From positions 18,142-82,141 of the forward strand of contig JBFKVA010000003.1 of assembly GCA_041635475.1 (NCBI GenBank): 64,000 bases of DNA. Direction: 5' to 3'. The translations under genes were made by a program, and so were the position numbers. Below, one piece after another: positions 1-9,881 of this stretch. Under the pieces are notes generated by a model, which saw only the letters and a list, made by a program, of their open reading frames with translations, had not been told where the DNA came from and did no database searches. Each line of letters begins with the position of its first letter. Within the stretch, counting starts at the first letter, position 1. Source of the stretch: Acidimicrobiia bacterium. GTDB lineage: Bacteria > Actinomycetota > Acidimicrobiia > Spongiisociales > JAENVV01.

Positions 1-121
1 GGCCGCGTTCCCAGCCCCGCACCGTCGACGGAGAGCGCCCCACGAGTTCCGCGAACCGGGCCGTGCCCACGCCGAGGGCTTCCCGCCGCTCGCGAAGGAA
101 GTGTGAGAAGGTCTCGGACAT
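1..121 (-). CDS. XRE-family helix-turn-helix transcriptional regulator (N-terminal fragment; gene continues beyond window start)
   Basis: Reverse-complement of 1..121 translates from ATG (119-121) as MSETFSHFLRERREALGVGTARFAELVGRSPSTVRGWERG, a Cro/C1-type HTH signature. Truncated by window edge. Confidence 0.5.
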   Translation of the reverse strand, partial: MSETFSHFLRERREALGVGTARFAELVGRSPSTVRGWERG

Positions 122-266
122 GGTCAGTGTGACGGCGTCCCCGGAACCGAGTCGTTCCGACACAGGGCCGCGCACGGCAGGTGGTCGTACGCACCCTCGT
201 TGACGATGACGTCCAGTCCCCGCTCCATGTCCACCACGATACCGCGCCCGGTACTGTGTTCTCCCT

Positions 267-361
267 GGAGGCGAATGCAGACCTGGTGGCTGCCGCGGTC
301 TTCAAAACCGTTGAGGTGCCGAAACGTGCCTGGTGGGTTCGATTCCCATCCGCCTCCGCCA
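267..361 (+). tRNA. selC: tRNA-Sec (selenocysteine tRNA, anticodon UCA)
   Basis: 95-nt tRNA. Acceptor 5' GGAGGCG pairs with 3' CGCCTCC, followed by G and CCA. Anticodon loop is CTTCAAA (anticodon TCA, reads UGA). Long variable arm AGGTGC/GTGCCT. T-loop is GGTTCGATTCC. Length and anticodon/T-loop motifs match E. coli selC (GGACTTCAAATCC, GGTTCGACTCC). Confidence 0.75.
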
Positions 362-780
362 CCGATCAGAGGTAGTTGCCCTCGTCGAAGTCGTCGGGGG
401 TGGTTTCCTCGGCGATGATCTGGGACTCGCGGACGGCGACGACGATTCGATTCCCCTCTGGCCACAGGAAACGCCAGGCACCGGCGGGAACGGCCCAGAA
501 GCGCTGGGACGTGTTCACATCGACGAGAGCGAGCGCATCCGACGACTTCTCGCTTCCGGCCGGGACCAGCAAGCCCGAGCGGGTCGACTCCTCCTGGAGG
601 TGGCCGACCCTCCATCCGGGCATGACCCGGTACTCACCGCTGGCGGTGATGATCCCGGGGCCGATCGCCTCACCGTTGTCTGACATCGGACCGCATGGTA
701 CGTGTGCTGTCGCCGGTACGCGGACCCCCACCGTTCCTATTGCGCGACACATCGGCCGCGACCGACCTAGCGTTCCCTCC

Positions 781-2088
781 ATGACCGATGGTCGCCAGCG
801 CCGACGCCTCACCGCAACCGTCACCGACCTCGAGGTGGGACGCCAGCGCGCGCTGCTCGTCGGGGTCGCCCTTCCCGGACACGACCTCGAATGGGCGCAG
901 CGATCGCTGGCCGAGTTGGAACTCCTCACCGACACCGCCGGCTCGGACCCGGTCGACACCGTCCTTCTGCGCCGGAAAGCGGCCGAGCCGGCAACGTTCA
1001 TCGGCTCCGGGCAGGTCGAGGAGCTGGTGGCGCTCACATCGGCACTCGACATCGACGTCGTCGTGTTCGACAACGACCTGACTCCCACCCAGCAGCGCAA
1101 CCTCCAGAAGCGGTTTCACTGTGACGTGGTCGACCGGGTCGCGGTGATCCTCGACACCTTCGCCCAGCACGCCACCAGCCGGGAAGGCATGCTCCAGGTC
1201 GAGCTGGCACTCCTGAACTACCACCTGCCGCGACTCAAGGGCAAGGGCACGGAGATGAGCCGCCTGGGGGCCCGGATCGGCACCCGAGGCCCGGGCGAGA
1301 CCAAGCTGGAAACCGACCGGCGACGGATCCTGTCCCGGATGTCCAAACTCCGTCGGAGCCTCAAGGACCTGGAGAAGACCCGCAGGACCCAGTCGAAACG
1401 GCGACGACAGAACCACGTCCCCGTCGTCGCCCTCGTCGGGTACACGAACGCCGGCAAGTCGTCGCTCATGAATCGCCTCACCGACGCCAAGGTGCTCGAG
1501 CGGAACCAGCTGTTCTCGACCCTTGGCTCGACGGTGCGACGTCTCACACTTCCTCCCGGGACCGAAGTCCTCCTCTCGGACACGGTCGGGTTCGTCCAGC
1601 GACTCCCCCACGAGCTCATCGAGGCGTTTCGTTCGACGCTCGACGAGATCGCGGAGGCAGACCTCCTCCTCCACGTCATCGACGCATCCGACCCCGACGT
1701 CGAGGACCACATCAAGGCGGTGCGGGTCGTCCTCGGGGAGATCCCGGGGGCGGCGGAGGTCCCGGAGATCCAGGTGCTCAACAAGGCGGACCTGTGCGAC
1801 CCGGTGGAGTTGGGGCGGCTCGAGCGCCTCCATCCCGAGTCGATCACAATCTCGGCCCGGACCGGATTCAACACCGACGCGCTCCTCGGCCGGATCACGG
1901 AGGCCCTCGACAAGGGCAGCATCGAGGCGACGCTGCGGATCCCCTGGAGCCGTGGCGATCTCATCGCCTCGCTGCGCGGATCGACCACCGTCATCAAGGA
2001 AGAGCCCCTGTCGGACGCCATGATCGTCACCGCACGCTTCGAGCCTGCCACCCTGGAGCGGTACGGGGAGTTCGTCTCGACGGAGTGA
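781..2088 (+). CDS. hflX: GTPase HflX
   Basis: VALVGYTNAGKSSLMNRLT G1 motif, DTVGF, NKAD. N-terminal HflX domain (ALLVGVALPG...). Start set at ATG 781 (MTDGRQ) rather than the upstream alternative-start ORF at 376. 436 aa fits HflX. Confidence 0.85.
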   Translation: MTDGRQRRRLTATVTDLEVGRQRALLVGVALPGHDLEWAQRSLAELELLTDTAGSDPVDTVLLRRKAAEPATFIGSGQVEELVALTSALDIDVVVFDNDLTPTQQRNLQKRFHCDVVDRVAVILDTFAQHATSREGMLQVELALLNYHLPRLKGKGTEMSRLGARIGTRGPGETKLETDRRRILSRMSKLRRSLKDLEKTRRTQSKRRRQNHVPVVALVGYTNAGKSSLMNRLTDAKVLERNQLFSTLGSTVRRLTLPPGTEVLLSDTVGFVQRLPHELIEAFRSTLDEIAEADLLLHVIDASDPDVEDHIKAVRVVLGEIPGAAEVPEIQVLNKADLCDPVELGRLERLHPESITISARTGFNTDALLGRITEALDKGSIEATLRIPWSRGDLIASLRGSTTVIKEEPLSDAMIVTARFEPATLERYGEFVSTE

Positions 2089-2092
2089 CGGT

Positions 2093-2833
2093 TCAGCCCG
2101 TCGCGGCCAGGAGGGCGGCCCCGACGATGCCGGCATCGTTGCGGAGCCGGGCCGGCCGAATGGGCACACTGGCTGCCAGCTGAGAGCCGAACCGGTCCCA
2201 CTTCTTGCTGATCCCGCCGCCGACGATGACGAGGTCCGGGGAGAGCAGCATCTCGAGATGCGCCAGGTACGCATTCACCCGCAGGCTCCATTGCGCGAGG
2301 CCCAGCCCGTCCCGGGTGCGGGCGGCAGCCGAGGCATCGACTTCGGCGGCCTTGCCGCCGAACTCCAGGTGTCCGAACTCGGTATTGGGGACGAGGACAC
2401 CGCCGCGGAAGAGGGCACTGCCGATCCCGGTCCCGAACGTGAGGAGGACGACGGTCCCCCACTCCCCTTTCCCGGCACCGAATCGCATCTCGGCGGCCCC
2501 TGCCGCATCGGCGTCGTTCATGACATGGGTGGTGACGGCGGTCGCCCGCGAGAAGAGGTCGACCAGGTCGACCCCGAGGAACGACGGGTCGACGTGGGCC
2601 GCCAGCCGAGCGACACCGGCACGGACCGAGCCGGGGAACCCCACGCCGGTCGGGCCGACGAACCCGACCCGGGCCACGATCCCCGACACCGCCTCGGCCA
2701 CCGCCTTGGGGGTGGCCGGCGACGGCGTCGCCATCCGCACCCTGTCGGTGAGCAGGCCCCCGGACGTCACATCGACAACGGCGCCCTTGATCCCGGATCC
2801 CCCGATGTCGATCCCGAGTGCCGCGTCCTCCAT
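2093..2833 (-). CDS. ppgK: polyphosphate glucokinase (ROK family)
   Basis: [50 protein letters not shown] match mycobacterial PpgK. 246 aa. Confidence 0.85.
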   Translation of the reverse strand: MEDAALGIDIGGSGIKGAVVDVTSGGLLTDRVRMATPSPATPKAVAEAVSGIVARVGFVGPTGVGFPGSVRAGVARLAAHVDPSFLGVDLVDLFSRATAVTTHVMNDADAAGAAEMRFGAGKGEWGTVVLLTFGTGIGSALFRGGVLVPNTEFGHLEFGGKAAEVDASAAARTRDGLGLAQWSLRVNAYLAHLEMLLSPDLVIVGGGISKKWDRFGSQLAASVPIRPARLRNDAGIVGAALLAATG

Positions 2834-2887
2834 GCCGGGCCCAGCCTACGCGGGAGCCCACCGGGGCCTGTCTAGCCTTGCCCGGGC

Positions 2888-4048
2888 ATGACCACCATCC
2901 TCGTGACGATCACCGGCGACGACCGGCCCGGGATCACCGCCGGGTTGCTCGAGGTGCTCGCCGGTGCCGGAGCCGAGATCCTCGACATGGAGCAGGTGGT
3001 CATCCGAGGTCACCTCACCCTCGGCGTCATCACCCGGTTCCCCGATGACCAGCCGGTGATCAAGAACCTCCTCTTCTTCGGGTACCAGGCGGGGATCCAC
3101 CTGCAGTTCGAGCCGGTTGAGGGAGACGAGGACACCAGCGCCGGCCAACCCCGGCACGTCGTCACCGTCATCGGCCGCGACCTCTCGGCGACCGGGATGC
3201 AGGCCGTCGCCGGCGCCATCGCCGGCCACGGCGCCAACATCGACCGCATCGTTCGGCTCTCGACCTACCCGGTTCGGTCGTTCGAGTTGGAGGTCTCGGG
3301 GGGTTCCCAAGCCGACATGCGCAGGTCGCTCCTCGAGGTCGGGCGGTCACATGCCATTGACATCTCGGTCCAGCGACTCAGCCTCGAACGGAGAGCCAAG
3401 CGCCTCGTGGTGCTGGACATGGACTCGACACTCATCCAGGACGAGGTGATCGACCTCCTGGCGGAGGAAGCTGGCGTGGCCGACGCCGTCGCCGCCCTCA
3501 CCGCCCGGGCCATGGCCGGTGAACTCGACTTCGGTGAGGCGCTCGAACAACGAGTCGCTCTCATCGCCGGCCTCACCGAGGAGCGGCTCCACGCGGTTCG
3601 CGATCGGATCCGGCTCACCCCGGGAGCTCGCACGTTCGTACGAACCCTCAGTCGGCTCGGGTTCAAGACTGCGGTCGTGAGCGGGGGGTTCACCATCTTC
3701 ACCGACTGGGTGGCAAGCCGGCTCGGGCTCGACCATGCCCACTCCAACGTGCTCGAACTGGTCGACGGGAAGCTCACCGGCCGGATCGTCGGACCGGTGG
3801 TCGACTCGGCGAGGAAGGCGGAGCTGCTCCGGGAGATCGCAGATGCCGAACACATCCCCTACGAGCAAGTGGTGGCGGTCGGGGACGGCGCCAACGACCT
3901 CGAGATGCTGGACGCGGCCGGGCTAGGGATCGCGTTCAACGCCAAACAGGTGGTCCAGGACGCCGCCGACACCTCGCTCAATGTCCCATACCTCGACGCG
4001 ATCCTCTTCTTCCTGGGCATCCGCCGAGCCGAAGTCGAGCAGGCGTGA
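2888..4048 (+). CDS. serB: phosphoserine phosphatase with N-terminal ACT domains (SerB2-like)
   Basis: N-terminal ACT repeats (ILVTITGDDRPGITAGLLEVLA). HAD motifs VVLDMDSTLIQDE and VAVGDGANDLEML. 386 aa. Confidence 0.85.
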   Translation: MTTILVTITGDDRPGITAGLLEVLAGAGAEILDMEQVVIRGHLTLGVITRFPDDQPVIKNLLFFGYQAGIHLQFEPVEGDEDTSAGQPRHVVTVIGRDLSATGMQAVAGAIAGHGANIDRIVRLSTYPVRSFELEVSGGSQADMRRSLLEVGRSHAIDISVQRLSLERRAKRLVVLDMDSTLIQDEVIDLLAEEAGVADAVAALTARAMAGELDFGEALEQRVALIAGLTEERLHAVRDRIRLTPGARTFVRTLSRLGFKTAVVSGGFTIFTDWVASRLGLDHAHSNVLELVDGKLTGRIVGPVVDSARKAELLREIADAEHIPYEQVVAVGDGANDLEMLDAAGLGIAFNAKQVVQDAADTSLNVPYLDAILFFLGIRRAEVEQA

Positions 4049-4049
4049 C

Positions 4050-5489
4050 CTACGCCGAGTAGGTCGACGACGTCGCAGAGCCCCCCGTCCCCGTCCAATC
4101 CGTGTGGAACCACGTACCCCGGGGACCGTCGACCCGCTCGTACGTGTGGGCCCCGAAGTAGTCCCTCTGGGCCTGGATGAGGTTCGCCGGCACCGAGGCC
4201 GACCGATACCCGTCGAAGAACGAGAGCGCCGAGGCGTACGCCGGGACCGGTAGGCCCACCAGCGACGCCTGGCTCACCACCTTCCTCCACCCGGCCAGCG
4301 AGCCGTTGATGGCGTCCGCGAAGAAGGGGTCGAGCACGAGGGCCTCGAGCTCCGGGGCTCGTTGGAAGGCGGCGGTGATGTCGTCCAGGAACGCTGCTCG
4401 GATGATGCAGCCGGCTCGCCACAGCCCGGCGATGACCCCGGGGTCGAGGTCCCAGCCATACTCCTGTGACGCTGCACGCAGGACCATGAACCCCTGGGTG
4501 TAGGAGATGAGCTTCGACGCGTAGAGGGCGTCGCGCACATCGAGGACCTCGAGGTCGGGGCGACCGGTCTCCGACCTGAAGACCGCGGAGGCGCGGACCC
4601 GTTCGTCCTTGAGCGACGACACGATGCGGGCAAAGACGGCCTCGGCCACGAGTGTCATCGGGCGGCCGAGGTCGAGGGCGGAGATGGCCGTCCACTTGCC
4701 GGTTCCCTTCTGGCCGGCGGCGTCGAGGATGTTCTCGACCAGGGGCGATCCATCCTCGTCGGTGAAGGCGAGGATGTCGGCGGTGATGTCGATGAGGTAC
4801 GAGTCGAGGATCCCGGCACCCCACTCCCGGAAGATCGCGGCCATCTCGGGGTGGGACCGGCCCTGGGCCCGCAGGAGCCAGTAGGCCTCGGCGATGACCT
4901 GCATGTCCCCGTACTCGATCCCGTTGTGGACCATCTTGACGAAGTGGCCGGCACCCCCCGACCCCACCCAGTCGCAGCAGGGGGATCCGTCACGAGCCTT
5001 GGCCGCGATGTCCCTGAAGATGCCCTGCACGGCAGGCCAGGCCTCCGGGTCGCCTCCCGGCATGATCGAAGGACCGTGCCGCGCCCCCTCCTCCCCCCCG
5101 GAAATGCCGGTCCCGACGAAGCGAATCCCATGGCCGGCGAGCGACCGCAACCGGCGCTCGGTGTCGGCGAAGTGGGAGTTCCCACCGTCGATGACGATGT
5201 CGCCGGGTTCCAGCAGGGGTACGAGGGACTCGATGGTGTCGTCGACCGGGGCACCGGCCTTCACCATGAGCATGACCCGTCGGGGTCGCTCCAGCAGCGC
5301 GACGAGGGACTCGAGCGAGTCGGTCCCGACGACGCGTGTCCCGGCGGCGGCCCCGCCCAGGAACTCGTCGACTTTCGAACGCGTGCGATTGTGGACCGCG
5401 ACGGTGTATCCGTGGTCATCCATGTTGAGAACGAGGTTCTGGCCCATGACGGCCAGGCCGATGAGTCCGATGTCGGCGCGGGAGGTCAT
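4050..5489 (-). CDS. gnd: 6-phosphogluconate dehydrogenase, decarboxylating
   Basis: N-terminus IGLIGLAVMGQNLVLN (Rossmann). Full-length 479 aa with conserved Gnd core (GGNSHF, IRAAFL). Confidence 0.92.
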   Translation of the reverse strand: MTSRADIGLIGLAVMGQNLVLNMDDHGYTVAVHNRTRSKVDEFLGGAAAGTRVVGTDSLESLVALLERPRRVMLMVKAGAPVDDTIESLVPLLEPGDIVIDGGNSHFADTERRLRSLAGHGIRFVGTGISGGEEGARHGPSIMPGGDPEAWPAVQGIFRDIAAKARDGSPCCDWVGSGGAGHFVKMVHNGIEYGDMQVIAEAYWLLRAQGRSHPEMAAIFREWGAGILDSYLIDITADILAFTDEDGSPLVENILDAAGQKGTGKWTAISALDLGRPMTLVAEAVFARIVSSLKDERVRASAVFRSETGRPDLEVLDVRDALYASKLISYTQGFMVLRAASQEYGWDLDPGVIAGLWRAGCIIRAAFLDDITAAFQRAPELEALVLDPFFADAINGSLAGWRKVVSQASLVGLPVPAYASALSFFDGYRSASVPANLIQAQRDYFGAHTYERVDGPRGTWFHTDWTGTGGSATSSTYSA

Positions 5490-5590
5490 GACCGCAGGTT
5501 AGGGCCTGCCCCGGGTGGGGGCGCCTCCCCGTCGGTCACGCAGGGCGGTAGCATGGCGATTCGCCTGACCACCCTCCTTGGAGCCTCGCC

Positions 5591-8122
5591 GTGCCCGACG
5601 ACCCCTATCGCCTGCCCCAGCTGGCCGTACCGTCCCGGTACGACCTCGTCTTCGAGCCCGACCTGGAGCGGTTCACGTTCCGGGGAACCGCCACGATCCG
5701 CATCGACGTCCCGGCCGCCACGAACCGTCTCGTCCTCAACGCCATCGAACTCGACTTCCTCGGAGCCGACCTCGACGGCATCGAGCCGACGTCGATCTCG
5801 ACCGATGCCACCACCCAGCGGGTCGAACTCGGTTTCGCCGCGCCGATCGAACCCGGCGACCACACGTTGACCATCCGCTACACGGGCACGATCAACGACA
5901 AGCTCCACGGCTGGTACCGATCGACCTACACCGACGCCACCGGGGTCGAACAGGCCATCGCGGTGACACAGTTCGAGGCCGCCGACGCCCGCAGGGCGTT
6001 TCCGTGTTGGGATGAGCCCGCCTACAAGGCCGTGTTCGGGATCTCGATGATCGTCCCCGCCGATCTCACGGCTCTCTCCAACTCGAGCGAGATCGAGCGT
6101 CACAATCTTGGTGACGGGCAGGTGCGCGTGGTGTTCGCCGACACGATGCGTATGTCCACCTACCTCGTGGCCCTCATCGTCGGGCCCCTGGAGGTGACCG
6201 AGACCAAGGACGTCGACGGCGTCCCCGTGCGCATCGCCCACGCTCGCGGCAAGGGCCACATGACGGCATGGGCCGAGGAGACGGCCGGCGAGTACCTCCG
6301 CTGGCTGGCCGGGTACTACGGCATCCCCTACCCGGCCGACAAGGTGGACCACATCGCCGTCCCCGACTTCGCCTTCGGGGCGATGGAGAACCTGGGGGCG
6401 ATCGTGTACCGGGAGACCGCCCTCCTCCTCGACCCGGCGACGAGCGGTCAGCACGAGAAGCGCCGGATCGCCGACGTTGTCGCCCACGAACTCGCGCACA
6501 TGTGGTTCGGCGACCTCGTCACGATGCAGTGGTGGGAGGGGATCTGGCTCAACGAGGCGTTCGCCTCCTTCATGGAGATGAAGACCGTCGATGCCCATCA
6601 TCCCGAATGGGAACGCTGGCTGGCGTTCGCCGCCGACCGCGGGGCCGATCGCTTCGACGCGCTTGTGGTCGACGCGCTGACCACCACCCGACCCGTCGAG
6701 TACGAGGTCAACTCGCCCGAAGAGGCCAACGACATGTTCGACCCGCTCACGTACGGGAAGGGGTCGGCGGTCCTGCGCATGATCGAACAGTTCATCGGGG
6801 AGGAGCCCTTCCGGGCGGGCGTGGGCGCCTACCTCAGGGCTCACGCCCATGCCAACACCGTGACCGCCGACCTGTGGGCCGCCCTGGCCGAAGCGACCGA
6901 GCACCCGGTCAACGCCGTGATGGACACGTGGATCCTGCAGGCCGGCTATCCCCGGATCGACGTTCGACGGGCACCGGGAGGCGTCACCGTGGGCCAACGC
7001 CGCTTCCTGTTCGTCGATGACGAGGCGGACACGACGCTGTGGAAGGTGCCCCTCCAGCTCCGCTACTCGGTGGACGGGGTCGAACACAGGGCAACCCATC
7101 TGCTTGAGTCCGACGAGGAGTTCCTGGCACTCGGCGACGTCGAGTGGATCACCGCCAACGCCGGCGGCCACGGCTTCTATCGGGTGAACTACTCCGCCGA
7201 GCTCTTCTCGGCCCTCCTGGGCAAGACTCGGGAGCTCGATCCCCTCGAACGGTTCACGGTCCTCGACGACGCCGGGGCCCTCCTCCTCTCGGGTGACCGC
7301 TCCGCCGGCGAGTGGCTCGCGCTCGCCGGCGCGTACACCGAGGAGGATCGGTACCAGGTGTGGCAGATGCTCATCGGGCATCTGTCGGTGATCGGCAAGG
7401 TCATGGACCCGGCAGCGTACGCCGCGGCAGCCGAACGCCTGCTGCGGCCGGTGTTCGACCGACTCGGGCGGGAGCCGCGGGCTGAAGACTCCGACCTCAC
7501 GCTCTCCCTGCGCGGCCTGGTGATCGCCGCCTTGGGGACCCAGGCCGACGACCCGGCCCTCGTGGCATGGTCGCTGGCCGAGATCGAGGGTGTCCTCGCC
7601 GACCCGGCCGGTCGCCAGGCGGACATCTCGAAGGCCATCATCGACGTGGCTGGCGCCCACGCCGACAAAGACCTCTTCCAGCGCCTGTTCGAGGCCTACC
7701 CCAACGCACCGACCGCCCAGCTCCAGCAGCGCATCCTGGCAGCCCTCGCCTCGACCCGGGAGCCCGCCCTGGCCGAGCGGGTGGTCGACATGACGATCGA
7801 TGGTGGAATCCGCAACCAGGACGCCTCATGGGTGGCGGCTCGGCTCCTGCGCAACCGGCACGCGCAAGCCGCCGCCTGGCACCGCCTGCGACGGCGCTGG
7901 GACGAGGCGATGGCCTCGTTCCCACCCTTCACCCATCGTCACTTCGCCGAGGGTTTGTCGGGGTTCTTCGATCCCGAGTTGGCCCGGGAGGTCGAGGCGT
8001 TCCTCGCCGAACAACCGATGAAGACCGCGGCCAACTCGGTGGCCCAGCACCTGGAGCTGATGAACGTCCACGTGGCCCTCCACCAGCGGGAGGCCGGCTT
8101 GAGGGACGGGGCCCGACGATGA
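5591..8122 (+). CDS. pepN: aminopeptidase N (M1 family)
   Basis: GAMEN motif, HELAHMWFGDLVTMQWWEGIWLNEAFASF (HEXXH-X18-E). 843 aa. GTG start with GGAG RBS upstream. Confidence 0.92.
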   Translation: MPDDPYRLPQLAVPSRYDLVFEPDLERFTFRGTATIRIDVPAATNRLVLNAIELDFLGADLDGIEPTSISTDATTQRVELGFAAPIEPGDHTLTIRYTGTINDKLHGWYRSTYTDATGVEQAIAVTQFEAADARRAFPCWDEPAYKAVFGISMIVPADLTALSNSSEIERHNLGDGQVRVVFADTMRMSTYLVALIVGPLEVTETKDVDGVPVRIAHARGKGHMTAWAEETAGEYLRWLAGYYGIPYPADKVDHIAVPDFAFGAMENLGAIVYRETALLLDPATSGQHEKRRIADVVAHELAHMWFGDLVTMQWWEGIWLNEAFASFMEMKTVDAHHPEWERWLAFAADRGADRFDALVVDALTTTRPVEYEVNSPEEANDMFDPLTYGKGSAVLRMIEQFIGEEPFRAGVGAYLRAHAHANTVTADLWAALAEATEHPVNAVMDTWILQAGYPRIDVRRAPGGVTVGQRRFLFVDDEADTTLWKVPLQLRYSVDGVEHRATHLLESDEEFLALGDVEWITANAGGHGFYRVNYSAELFSALLGKTRELDPLERFTVLDDAGALLLSGDRSAGEWLALAGAYTEEDRYQVWQMLIGHLSVIGKVMDPAAYAAAAERLLRPVFDRLGREPRAEDSDLTLSLRGLVIAALGTQADDPALVAWSLAEIEGVLADPAGRQADISKAIIDVAGAHADKDLFQRLFEAYPNAPTAQLQQRILAALASTREPALAERVVDMTIDGGIRNQDASWVAARLLRNRHAQAAAWHRLRRRWDEAMASFPPFTHRHFAEGLSGFFDPELAREVEAFLAEQPMKTAANSVAQHLELMNVHVALHQREAGLRDGARR

Positions 8123-8877
8123 GGATCGCCGTGCAGCTCCACCCCCAGCACGCCGAGTACTCCGACATCCGGGCCGCGGTGAAGCGGGCGGAGGACCTCG
8201 GGGTCGACGCCGTCTACAACTGGGATCACTTCTATCCGCTCTACGGTGATCCCGAGGGCAAGCACTTCGAGGCGTGGACCATGCAGGCGGCGTGGGCCGA
8301 GCAGACCACTTCGGTCACCATCGGGTGCCTCGTGAGCTGCAACACGTATCGCAACCCCGACCTCCTCGCCGACATGGCCCGCACGGTCGACCACATCTCC
8401 GGGGGACGGTTCGTCCTCGGCATCGGCTCCGGTTGGTTCGAGAAGGACTACGAGGAGTACGGGTACGAGTTCGGAACGGCCGGGGGACGCCTCGATGCCC
8501 TGGGGGAGGCACTGCCCCGGATCGAGGCCCGACTCCGGGCCCTCAACCCACCCCCGACCCGCAGGATCCCGATCCTCATCGGGGGCGGGGGCGAACGCAA
8601 GACCCTGCGCCTCGTGGCCAAGCACGGAGACATCTGGCACACCTGGTACAACCCGGCCAAGCCCCACATCTGGCTCCACAAGAAGGACGTCCTCGCCCGA
8701 TGGTGTGCCGAGGTCGGCCGCGACGCCTCGGAGATCGAACTTTCGGTCGGAGGCGACCTCACGCCCGCCGTCGGCGATGACCTCGCGGGCCATGGCGTGG
8801 CGGAGCTCACGATCGGCCTCAACGGGCCTGCCTACGACATGACCCGGGTCACCGAGTGGCTGGCCTGGGCCCGGTAG
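8119..8877 (+). CDS. LLM-class flavin/F420-dependent oxidoreductase (luciferase-like)
   Basis: MRIAVQLHPQ...GGRFVLGIGSGWFEKDYEEYG luciferase-like TIM-barrel signature. ATGA overlap with pepN stop. Confidence 0.75.
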   Translation: MRIAVQLHPQHAEYSDIRAAVKRAEDLGVDAVYNWDHFYPLYGDPEGKHFEAWTMQAAWAEQTTSVTIGCLVSCNTYRNPDLLADMARTVDHISGGRFVLGIGSGWFEKDYEEYGYEFGTAGGRLDALGEALPRIEARLRALNPPPTRRIPILIGGGGERKTLRLVAKHGDIWHTWYNPAKPHIWLHKKDVLARWCAEVGRDASEIELSVGGDLTPAVGDDLAGHGVAELTIGLNGPAYDMTRVTEWLAWAR

Positions 8878-8945
8878 CCCTCGTCGGGTGAGAGCCGATA
8901 GGCTTCCCCTGACACGATGCACGTTCTCCTCCCGGGTGCTCCGCG

Positions 8946-9875
8946 ATGACCCTCGGCGTCCTCTCCATGGTCGGGGGTCTCGCCCTGTTGGCCCTGGCCG
9001 CGGACCGCTTCGTGGCCTCTGCCGCCCGGCTGGCCAAGCTGTGGGGCATGTCGACGCTCCTCATCGGGGCGCTCGTCGTCGGCATGGGCACCTCCATCCC
9101 CGAACTGCTCGTGAGCATCACCGGCGGCATCGACTCGTTCGACCTCGGCGTCGGCAACATCACGGGCTCGAACGTCGCCAACCTGTCGCTCGTCCTTGGC
9201 GTCGCCGTCATCATCAGTCCCATCTTCGGCTCGCGGACCGTGCTCAAGGACGAGGGCTCGGTCACCCACGTCGCCATGGGCATGTTCACGGTGGTCCTGC
9301 GCGACGGGTCCCTCGATCGCTTCGACGGGATCGTGCTTCTCGTCACGATGGCCTGGGCGGTGTGGCAGCTCTTCCACCTCGAACAGGGCAAACCCGAGAC
9401 CGCCCTCCTCGAGGAGGTCGCCAGCCTCGTCGAGTCCCCCAACTCGTCGGTCAAGGAGATCTTCCTCGCCCTGGCGGCCCTGGGCGTCATGCTGCTCGGG
9501 GCCGACCTCCTCACCGATGGAGCCCTCGTCGTCGCCGTCGAGGCCGGACTGAGCGAGGGGTTCGTCGGGCGGACCCTCGTGGCGGTCGGAACGAGCCTCC
9601 CCGAGTTGGCTGCCGCGGTGGCCGCCGCCCGGCGGCGTGACCACGACATGATCCTCGGGAACCTCCTCGGGTCGAACATCTTCAACTCGGCCCTCGTCGG
9701 CGGAAGCCTCGCCCTCGTGTCGCCCGGGGTCCTCGTCGAACCCGTCATCCCCACGCTGTGGTTCATGATGGGGATCGTGCTCCTGGCCGCGGTCTTCGCC
9801 GTGTCCCACACGATCTCCCGCCTCGAAGGGATCGGGTTGCTCGCCGCCTACGCCGCGTTCGTGGTGTTCGCCTGA
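8946..9875 (+). CDS. calcium/sodium:proton antiporter, CaCA family (YrbG-like)
   Basis: Two alpha-repeat motifs (GTSIPELLVSITGG and GTSLPELAAAVAAAR). About 10 TM helices. 309 aa. Confidence 0.8.
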   Translation: MTLGVLSMVGGLALLALAADRFVASAARLAKLWGMSTLLIGALVVGMGTSIPELLVSITGGIDSFDLGVGNITGSNVANLSLVLGVAVIISPIFGSRTVLKDEGSVTHVAMGMFTVVLRDGSLDRFDGIVLLVTMAWAVWQLFHLEQGKPETALLEEVASLVESPNSSVKEIFLALAALGVMLLGADLLTDGALVVAVEAGLSEGFVGRTLVAVGTSLPELAAAVAAARRRDHDMILGNLLGSNIFNSALVGGSLALVSPGVLVEPVIPTLWFMMGIVLLAAVFAVSHTISRLEGIGLLAAYAAFVVFA

Positions 9876-9881
9876 TCGACC

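Noticed and set aside
376-780. Upstream 135-codon extension of hflX (six-frame ORF starts at 376)
   Set aside because: Extension is low-complexity and would overlap the tRNA-Sec region. Conserved HflX N-domain begins after ATG 781.
363-780. Integrated island downstream of tRNA-Sec
   Set aside because: No integrase/recombinase or mobile genes follow the tRNA. hflX and housekeeping genes start within 420 nt. Any island would have to lie upstream of the window.
5486-7660. 724-aa minus-strand ORF
   Set aside because: Antisense to pepN. Artefact.
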